In this document: in pieces, positions 7,354 through 14,285 of the stretch
How positions within the stretch are numbered: position 1 is the first letter of the stretch
Layout of the letters: the number at the start of each line of letters is the position of its first letter
NCBI GenBank assembly: GCA_965226555.1
Contig: CBDDDG010000013.1
Span: 1 to 15,932, forward strand
Reading direction: 5' to 3'
Length of the DNA: 15,932 bases
DNA from: Salinispira sp.
GTDB lineage: Bacteria > Spirochaetota > Spirochaetia > DSM-27196 > Salinispiraceae
Notes under the pieces: generated by a model
Told to the model about the DNA's origin: nothing
What the model saw: only the letters and a program-made list of their open reading frames with translations
Databases searched by the model: none
Program-made: the position numbers and the translations under genes

Positions 7354-7692
7354 ATGCGGACATATAATATTACCAACGCCTTCGTCAGGGAAGGCATTGC
7401 GAAGGGCCGGATTGAGGGTCTTGAGCAGGGTATCACAAAGGGCCGGGCTGAGGGCATTGAGAAAGGTATTCTGAAAGGACTGCGAACAGGTCGTGAAGAA
7501 GGATTGCAGACAGGTCGTGAAGAAGGACTTCAGAAGGGGCTACAGGCAGGCCGCGCTGAGGGGCATATTGAGGAGCGGAGAAAAAACGCCCGCAGTATGT
7601 TTTTGGAAGGGTTGTCGACCGAGGCTGTTCAGAGAATTACCGGGCTGAGCGATGAGGAAATGCGGACAGTGCGGAACGCGACTACCGGATAA
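7354..7692 (+). CDS. RpnS-like small C-terminal protein from an internal start (putative antitoxin), 112 aa
   Basis: AGGAG at 7341-7345 precedes ATG 7354. EG/KG repeats (ACAGGTCGTGAAGAAGGA at 7486 and 7510) and an ITGLSDEE end. Internal RBS/ATG producing RpnS is established for Rpn genes. Confidence 0.7.
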   Translation: MRTYNITNAFVREGIAKGRIEGLEQGITKGRAEGIEKGILKGLRTGREEGLQTGREEGLQKGLQAGRAEGHIEERRKNARSMFLEGLSTEAVQRITGLSDEEMRTVRNATTG

Positions 7693-7742
7693 TCACCCTT
7701 GTGATATACACGAGGCGCAGCGCGCCAATAAGGAGAATGTAC

Positions 7743-8675
7743 ATGATTTTCAGACGGCATTATATGACTTCTGTTTTTTTCACATTGATAATTACCCTCA
7801 TCGTTACCATGCTGACGCTCAGCGGATGCCCGGCTCCAGACGTAGATGATCCCGGAAATGGAGGCGGTTCTGGTGATGGGGAACCCGCAAAACTGGAATT
7901 TGCTCCTTCCCGTAACAGCAGTCAGGATTTCAATGTTCTGGATCCCTTGAATGTTTTCCCCCAAGGCATCTGGTCAAACGGGACGATAATGTGGGCGGCA
8001 GATAGTAATAGCCTGAAAATCTATGCCTACAATCTGAGTACCAAATCCCGTATGTCAGGCGAAGACATTCCACGCAATGGCGCTACTCTCGGCTATCCTC
8101 CGGGTTATATCTGGTCAAATGGAACAACGATGTGGGTAACAGAGAGCGTGAATGGTGAGAATGATAACATCAATGCCTACAAGCTGAGTGACGGAACCCG
8201 CGATTCAAGCAAAAATTTCACTACCCTTGGGGAACTCCACATAACTACTTCAGGGATATGGTCGGACGGGGAGACAATGTGGATATTGGAAGGTCACCAG
8301 TCTGCTGCCAATGCCTATGCCTACCATCTGCCTGACGGATCCGATGATGATGGTGCCGCCGATTCCGGAAAAACTATCGACCTGGGCAAGCCGTACACTT
8401 CCAAAGGTATGTGGTCAAATGGAACCACACTGTGGGTACTGCGTGATATTTCTGTTCAGGATCTTGGGTTCCTTGGCAGTCAGCTGAGCGCTTACGACAT
8501 ACATACCAGGTCCTCTGACAATGCAAAAACTGTTTATCCCCGTGTTATCGAAACGGGTTTCGAAAACGCATTTGGTTCAGGTATCTGGTCAGATGGAAGA
8601 ACGATGTGGATAGCAAGTTTTGAGCCGGGGAATCCTAAAATCTATGCCTACACCCTGTTTAAGGAAAGTGAATAA
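7743..8675 (+). CDS. Lipoprotein with five (G/Y)(I/M)WS(D/N)GxxMW-type ...AY repeats, probably a beta-propeller
   Basis: AAGGAG RBS at 7730-7735. Lipobox LSG-C, Gly/Asp/Pro tether, five units of about 50 aa. Confidence 0.8.
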   Translation: MIFRRHYMTSVFFTLIITLIVTMLTLSGCPAPDVDDPGNGGGSGDGEPAKLEFAPSRNSSQDFNVLDPLNVFPQGIWSNGTIMWAADSNSLKIYAYNLSTKSRMSGEDIPRNGATLGYPPGYIWSNGTTMWVTESVNGENDNINAYKLSDGTRDSSKNFTTLGELHITTSGIWSDGETMWILEGHQSAANAYAYHLPDGSDDDGAADSGKTIDLGKPYTSKGMWSNGTTLWVLRDISVQDLGFLGSQLSAYDIHTRSSDNAKTVYPRVIETGFENAFGSGIWSDGRTMWIASFEPGNPKIYAYTLFKESE

Positions 8676-8686
8676 GGGAAGGGATT

Positions 8687-10588
8687 GTGAAAACATTTCG
8701 AGAAATGCTTTCTGGAAAAATTCTTGAAGCAGTAGGAGCACTTGCGCTGGAAGAGGGACTTCAGCCTGATCTTTCAGAAATACGGCTGCAGATTGAAATA
8801 CCCCCCCGAGCTGAATTGGGCGATATCTCCTTCCCGATGTTCCCTTTTGCAAAAGTCCTCCGAATGTCTCCCAAAATAATAGCAGAGAAGCTGCTTCCGC
8901 ATCTTGTTTTCCGAAAAATTGATGCCGCGGCAGCAGGTCCCTATATCAATATTCACTATAAACGCGCTGCATACACCGACCGTGTTATAAAAACTCTCCT
9001 GGAAATGCGGGGAGCTCCGCAGGGAGAGCATGCATCAGCAGGAGAAACACACTCAGAAAAGCAGCCTGTATATGGCTCAAGCAGCAATTATGCGGGTGAA
9101 AAAATAATTATTGAATTTTCTTCTCCGAATACCAACAAACCTCTTCATCTCGGGCATCTGCGAAACAATGCCCTCGGTGAGTCGCTGGCCCGCATTCTCA
9201 GAGCAAACGGGGCTGAAGTTCATACAGTGAACCTTATTAATGACCGCGGCATCCACATCTGCAAGTCAATGCTGGCATATCAGGAAGAAGGGGGCGGCCG
9301 AAGCCCTGAAGATGCGGGGATGAAGCCTGACCATTTTGTCGGTACATACTATATCACGTTCAATGAAATAGCTCGGAAAGATCCCGAAGCAGAACAGCGG
9401 GCGCAGGATATGCTCAGGCGCTGGGAAGCAGGCGATGAGGAAACAGTGAAGCTCTGGAAAACCATGAATACCTGGACCATGGAGGGCTTGCTTGAAACAT
9501 ATCGGCGCATCGGGATACGTTTCGACACACTGTATTACGAAAGTGATACATATGCCGTTGGTCGGGAATGTGTGCTGCGCGGTCTGGAGCAGGGGCTGTT
9601 TTATAAAGATGAGAAGGGTACAATTCGGGTCGATCTCAGCGATATCGGACTTGATGACAAGGTGCTGCTCCGCAGCGATGGAACCAGTGTCTACATTACT
9701 CAGGACATTGGCACTGCCATTGCCCGTCATGGAGATTGGCCCTTTGACCGTATGTTCTATGTGGTGGCAAACGAACAAAACTATCATTTTCAGGTACTTT
9801 TTCATGTACTGGGAATGCTCGGCCTCGCCTGGGCGCAGAACCTCCGCCATGTTTCCTACGGCATGGTGAACCTGCCCGATGGCAGAATGAAAAGCCGCGA
9901 GGGCACCGTTGTCGATGCCGATGACCTCCTCAACACCCTCCACCGCCTCGCCCGCGCCCAAATCCGCGAAAAAACCCCTACCGCCGTGCCGCCAACCGAT
10001 CCCGTGCTGCCAACCGACCCCGTGCCGCCATCCAACCCCGCGCCGCCAACCGACCCCGACCCCGCAACCCTCGAGCCGACCACACCCGATCCTGAACATA
10101 TTGCCGAATCGGTTGCGCTGGCTGCGGTAAACTTCTACCTGCTCCAGGTTTCTCCATCGAAGGACATGATATTCCGACAGGAAGATTCCATTTCATTCAC
10201 CGGCAACAGCGGCCCCTATCTGCAATATGTGGGCGCCCGTATTTCCAGTATTTTCCGCAAATACCGCAAGCACCGCTCCGAGCTGCCGCCGCCCGAGACG
10301 ATCAACTGGGGGCTTCTGAACGCTGATATTGAGTGGGAACTCATAAAGACCATTGCCCGTTTTCCGGATATTGTCGAACAGTCCGGCAGAAAATACGATC
10401 CGTCAATTATCACATCTGCCCTTTACGAACTTGGAAAAACCTTTTCCCGCTTCTATCATGATTATCCAATTCTTAACTGCCCCCGCCCCGAACTTCGAGA
10501 TGCCCGCCTGTATATTGCCTGGGCAGTTCGGGAAGTGTTAAAGGAAGGTTTCTTCCTGCTCAACATTCCCTTTCTTGAGAGCATGTAA
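8687..10588 (+). CDS. argS: Arginine--tRNA ligase
   Basis: EFSSPNTNKPLHLGHLRN (HIGH motif), NDRG, LRSDGTSVY, MKSREG, GPYLQY and a C-terminal anticodon-binding domain. Confidence 0.97.
   Translation: MKTFREMLSGKILEAVGALALEEGLQPDLSEIRLQIEIPPRAELGDISFPMFPFAKVLRMSPKIIAEKLLPHLVFRKIDAAAAGPYINIHYKRAAYTDRVIKTLLEMRGAPQGEHASAGETHSEKQPVYGSSSNYAGEKIIIEFSSPNTNKPLHLGHLRNNALGESLARILRANGAEVHTVNLINDRGIHICKSMLAYQEEGGGRSPEDAGMKPDHFVGTYYITFNEIARKDPEAEQRAQDMLRRWEAGDEETVKLWKTMNTWTMEGLLETYRRIGIRFDTLYYESDTYAVGRECVLRGLEQGLFYKDEKGTIRVDLSDIGLDDKVLLRSDGTSVYITQDIGTAIARHGDWPFDRMFYVVANEQNYHFQVLFHVLGMLGLAWAQNLRHVSYGMVNLPDGRMKSREGTVVDADDLLNTLHRLARAQIREKTPTAVPPTDPVLPTDPVPPSNPAPPTDPDPATLEPTTPDPEHIAESVALAAVNFYLLQVSPSKDMIFRQEDSISFTGNSGPYLQYVGARISSIFRKYRKHRSELPPPETINWGLLNADIEWELIKTIARFPDIVEQSGRKYDPSIITSALYELGKTFSRFYHDYPILNCPRPELRDARLYIAWAVREVLKEGFFLLNIPFLESM
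9984..10055 (+). repeat. Four tandem 18-bp repeats encoding a Pro-rich insertion in ArgS
   Basis: ccgtgccgccaaccgatc / ccgtgctgccaaccgacc / ccgtgccgccatccaacc / ccgcgccgccaaccgacc. Confidence 0.9.
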
Positions 10589-10616
10589 ATTCAGGGAAGT
10601 GCGGGCGCGGGTAAAA

Positions 10617-10634
10617 CCGCTGGTACACCAGCGG
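10617..10634. terminator. Hairpin after argS (possible terminator or stabiliser)
   Basis: CCGCTGG-TACA-CCAGCGG. There is no U-tract on the + strand, so the call is weak. Confidence 0.3.
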
Positions 10635-10648
10635 GGTAAACCCCTTCC

Positions 10649-10678
10649 TTGACATGTTCACGGGGAATCACATAAAGT
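10649..10678 (+). promoter_or_regulatory. Putative sppA promoter
   Basis: TTGACA-18 bp-TAAAGT; AAGGAG RBS at 10693-10698. Confidence 0.5.
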
Positions 10679-10706
10679 TTCCATGAGGTAAAAAGGAGAA
10701 ATCAAT

Positions 10707-13103
10707 ATGAAATACATCGCACTCATTACGGCCCTTTGTGCTTTTTTGCTTGCGCCCCTTAGCCCCCTTGCGGCTCTGCCGCCCGGTTCCTTGCCCGGGC
10801 TTGCGGCCACTGGGGACGATTTTCAGGCAGTCATACATAACCCCGCGGCTCTTACCCAGGGCGCGTCTTCGGGCTTCGCGGTACATGCTCAGATCAGCAG
10901 ACAAACAGATATGGGCGGCTCGCTTTCACCGATATATCTGCAATCACTCGATGTTTTTCTCAACAGCGATTTCTTTTCCTACAGTATCGGCTTTGATATT
11001 GAACACACGCTTTTTCGTCATCGGGTAGGGGCGGGTATTCCCATTGGAGACTATTTTTCCCTTGGCTTCTCGGCGCAATGGCCGGAGGATCAGTTCGCGG
11101 TTATGGATATTTCGGGCGCCTTTCTTCTCCGTCCGCTCCCATGGGTATCGCTGGGCGCTGTTGGAGGATTGAAGGGACTCCGATCCCCGTATATCGATTT
11201 TTCGCTCGCTCTCCGTCCCTTCACCGACCGCATAACCCTTGGTGTCGGCTCTTCTTTCGATGGTGAATTTGATCTTCCTCTTATTCAGGCAATTATTGAA
11301 CCGGTCGATGGTATCCGTATTGATGGCGGTTATAATTTTCAGGATAATAGCTGGAATGTCGGGCTCTCCCTCTCCGGTTCCTTCGTGAGAGCCGGAAACA
11401 ATGTACTGGTTGATAGTGAGCTGAACATCGACAGGACGAATGCCTATGTACATATTTCACCGCGGATTTTCGATTCCGTCATTGGTGAACCTCCCGGCCG
11501 CATGGTGGAATATCAGCTTGGAAAAATTACCGAGCAGCAGGACAATTCGCCGGACTTCCCCCTGTTCCCTCCCGTTGACCGGGGGAAGGGATTACTGGAA
11601 ACCATTCATGAAATTCATGAAATGTGCAGCGACCCCAACATCAATGGTATCATTTTCAAACAGGATACGATTTCCATGACAATTGCCAACTACGATGAAG
11701 TGCGGAAAGCATTCGCAGAATGCCGGGAGGCGGAGAAGCAGATAATTTTCTATTCCGATGTGTACGGGAATGTTTCCTATCTCTTTGCCGCTTCTATTGC
11801 CGATGAAATCTATGTGCACCCCAGCGGTTCAGTGCTTTTATTCGGCTATTCACAGGTCGATGCCTATTTGAAGAATTTTCTGGACGAACTCGGTGCCGAG
11901 GTAACTGTTTACAACAGTCATCCCGGAAAGAGCGCCTTCGATACCTTCAGCAAAGAAGCGATGACTCCCTATAAGCGGGAACAGCTTGAAGCCATTGTGA
12001 ATGCCTATTACCGCATTTTCAACGATATGCTCTCTGCGCGGAATCTCACTGTTTCTTCTCAGGAGGCAATAGACGGCGGGCCCTACTTAACTGCCCGGCG
12101 CGCCCTCGAAACGGGTCTTGTCGATGGTCTGATGTACGAGGATGACTTCGATGCCTATGTGGCAGAAAATTACGGTAAGCCCCAACTCCGCCTCAGTGGA
12201 GAACGGGTTGCCCGTTCATGGCCGGATGACGGTAACACAAAGGTTGCATTAATTTATGCGGACGGGCAAATTGTTCCCGGGCTGGGAGTGCCGGGGAGTG
12301 TTATTGGCGATAAGTCGATTATTCCGCTTATTGAGCGCGCGGCTGCTGCCCCGGACATGAAGGCAATTCTTCTGCGTGTTAATAGTCCGGGCGGAAGCGG
12401 GCTTGCCTCTGAGAATGTTGCCCGAGCTCTGGCGAAGGCCGCCGAGAAGAAACCTCTTCTGGTGTGGATGGGGAGTGTCGCAGGTTCCGGCGGCTACTAC
12501 ATTTCTGCGCCCGGCGATCTCATTATTGCCTCACCGGTAACAATTACCGGTTCAATTGGGGTCATTGCGGCCAGGGTTAATCTGGCAGGGCTTTCGGAAG
12601 AACTTGGTATTGTCTGGGACGGTGTGAAGCCTTCGTCCACAGCCAATTTTGATGATCTCTCAAACCTTTTCAGTAAGGAATCGGAACAGGAGGCGGAAAT
12701 TTGGCAGAACACAATTGCCAGTTTTTATGAGACCTTTGTGAATCAGGCTGCTGAATATCGGGGAGTTTCCCCTGCTGAAATTGATGAGGTTGCTCAGGGG
12801 TGGATATGGACAGGAGAGCAGGCGCTGGAGAATGGTCTGGTTGACAAGCTCGGAAATTACCGGGAGGTCATGGAAGAACTTGCGAATGTTCTGGGAAATT
12901 CAAACATTGAGCTTGTGCCCGTTGCGGACAAGAACGGCCGCCATGCTTCACTGTCTTTCCTCGACGCGCTTGCCGAATCCCTGTTTCCCCGTTTGACCCT
13001 TGCGGATAAACTGGAAAAAGAACTTGAAGCAATTGGCCGTCTTATTCAGAATGATATGCAGATATTGTATCTTATGCCGCGGACAGCCGAACGGGTAAAG
13101 TAA
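10707..13103 (+). CDS. sppA: Signal peptide peptidase SppA (S49, tandem-domain type) with an extra N-terminal beta-rich domain
   Basis: Motifs LRVNSPGGS, VAGSGGYY (Ser), TITGSIGV, GKSA (Lys), and GLVD twice. Signal peptide plus about 250 aa of amphipathic beta-strand pattern. Confidence 0.9.
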   Translation: MKYIALITALCAFLLAPLSPLAALPPGSLPGLAATGDDFQAVIHNPAALTQGASSGFAVHAQISRQTDMGGSLSPIYLQSLDVFLNSDFFSYSIGFDIEHTLFRHRVGAGIPIGDYFSLGFSAQWPEDQFAVMDISGAFLLRPLPWVSLGAVGGLKGLRSPYIDFSLALRPFTDRITLGVGSSFDGEFDLPLIQAIIEPVDGIRIDGGYNFQDNSWNVGLSLSGSFVRAGNNVLVDSELNIDRTNAYVHISPRIFDSVIGEPPGRMVEYQLGKITEQQDNSPDFPLFPPVDRGKGLLETIHEIHEMCSDPNINGIIFKQDTISMTIANYDEVRKAFAECREAEKQIIFYSDVYGNVSYLFAASIADEIYVHPSGSVLLFGYSQVDAYLKNFLDELGAEVTVYNSHPGKSAFDTFSKEAMTPYKREQLEAIVNAYYRIFNDMLSARNLTVSSQEAIDGGPYLTARRALETGLVDGLMYEDDFDAYVAENYGKPQLRLSGERVARSWPDDGNTKVALIYADGQIVPGLGVPGSVIGDKSIIPLIERAAAAPDMKAILLRVNSPGGSGLASENVARALAKAAEKKPLLVWMGSVAGSGGYYISAPGDLIIASPVTITGSIGVIAARVNLAGLSEELGIVWDGVKPSSTANFDDLSNLFSKESEQEAEIWQNTIASFYETFVNQAAEYRGVSPAEIDEVAQGWIWTGEQALENGLVDKLGNYREVMEELANVLGNSNIELVPVADKNGRHASLSFLDALAESLFPRLTLADKLEKELEAIGRLIQNDMQILYLMPRTAERVK

Positions 13104-13143
13104 AAAGTAAGACTTTGGCGAATGGCGAATTCGTAGGGATAAT

Positions 13144-13671
13144 ATGGACAGGAAAATAATAATGCTGGTAGTAATACTGGTAATGGTTTCAGGAATAACA
13201 TTTGCTCAGGATGTTTTGGGGGTACAAGTTGTATATCTGAATAGAGGCCATTTTTTTGGAAATGCCGAATTTTGGTATCCTACCGAATTTTGGTATCCGA
13301 CCTTGAATGGTCTTCCAATACATGAGACTGATTTCTATGCAATGATTGAACAGCAAAAGTACCGTAAACTTGCTGAAGAACAATATGAATATATACAAAC
13401 TGCAAAGAAACTCAATACTTCCTTATATTCTTTTATTTATGGTATCGAAATTTTTTCCGCAATATCTTTTATATCTGGTTCTATATATGGATCTGTATCA
13501 GATTTTAAATCAGCTGGTTGGTCGATTTTCATGGCGGTTGGCTCCATAGGAACATCGGTAGGATATATATCCTCATTTGGGATTAAAGATACACAATGGT
13601 ATAATATTGTTTCCGCCGATTACGCTATTGAAATGGCAAACAGGTTTACTTTTCGCGAAGCCTCAAGGTAA
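13144..13671 (+). CDS. Hypothetical exported/membrane protein
   Basis: 175-aa ORF with a signal peptide (TFA-Q) and two hydrophobic/Gly-rich segments. Visibly AT-rich. 18-bp duplication at 13265-13300 (EFWYPT x2). Confidence 0.7.
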   Translation: MDRKIIMLVVILVMVSGITFAQDVLGVQVVYLNRGHFFGNAEFWYPTEFWYPTLNGLPIHETDFYAMIEQQKYRKLAEEQYEYIQTAKKLNTSLYSFIYGIEIFSAISFISGSIYGSVSDFKSAGWSIFMAVGSIGTSVGYISSFGIKDTQWYNIVSADYAIEMANRFTFREASR

Positions 13672-13725
13672 CGTTAGGGAATGGCAACGGCAAAAAACTA
13701 ACGGCTGACAGGAGCGGCCGCATCG

Positions 13726-14001
13726 CTATCTTTGTTCGGCATTACCTTCAAGAAATTTCATGAGGGCATCGGCTGCTTCTGCCTCATCGCTTCCGTTGAA
13801 GGTGAGTGCTACTTCGTGATCCTGCGCGCAGGCGATTTTGATAATTTTTACGAGGCTTTTCGCGTTAACGGCTTCTCCGTTCCGACTGATGTTCTGTATG
13901 GTAATAGTACATTCAAAGGTTTTGGCGATTTTGACAAAGGTGTTTGCGGGCCGTGCGTGCAGACCAACGGCGAATATAATACGGGTAGTTTCTCTGATCA
14001 T
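13726..14001 (-). CDS. ptsH: HPr family phosphocarrier protein
   Basis: GLHARPA (His15), VNAKS (Ser46), GSDEAEA. ATG 14001 with AGGA upstream. Confidence 0.92.
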   Translation of the reverse strand: MIRETTRIIFAVGLHARPANTFVKIAKTFECTITIQNISRNGEAVNAKSLVKIIKIACAQDHEVALTFNGSDEAEAADALMKFLEGNAEQR

Positions 14002-14285
14002 GAATTCCTGATTATGTTCCTTCAATACTGATAATGCTTCCAGCCCGGATAACGCGGGAGTGAAGTTTCCGGCAGGGTGATATCTCCCTGCATTTCAGGA
14101 TCATCCAAGCCGTTATATTTTAATACAAGATGTCCGATGTTTCGTATTTCCGTCCAATTTGCATCAGTTTACGTGAAACTTTTACATAAAGCAAGCGTTT
14201 CAGATGGCACAATACTGCAAAGAGATGCCGTAAAAAGCCGGGAACTGGCTGAAAAAACACGGGAAGGACGGCAGCGATCATCAGG

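Larger units (their letters stand above)
6003..7692 (+). pseudogene. Rpn family (PD-(D/E)XK) nuclease gene interrupted by four palindromic inserts
   Basis: AGGAGG RBS at 5990-5995. Coding segments 6003-6251, 6381-6435, 6567-6940, 7044-7108 and 7341-7692 join into a 364-aa ORF with Rpn hallmarks: HDIAFK, CDLVV, FIIEHKSY, LLFYHG..KW, and C-terminal EG/KG repeats ending ITGLS. Called a pseudogene as written; it may be conditionally restored. Confidence 0.85.

Noticed and set aside
5997..7367. ORFs 5997-6368, 6590-7072, 7023-7367 and their antisense mirrors as independent genes
   Set aside because: They are chimeras of rpn segments and insert sequence. Shared peptides on opposite strands arise from the inverted repeats.
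9266..10099. Long antisense ORFs (also 442-1104, 3998-4489, 10944-11453, 14679-15185)
   Set aside because: They are shadows of well-supported genes on the opposite strand and have no recognisable motifs.
14175..14203. cre/LacI-like site upstream of ptsH (TGAAAC...GTTTCA)
   Set aside because: Only half-site matches with atypical spacing; not supportable.
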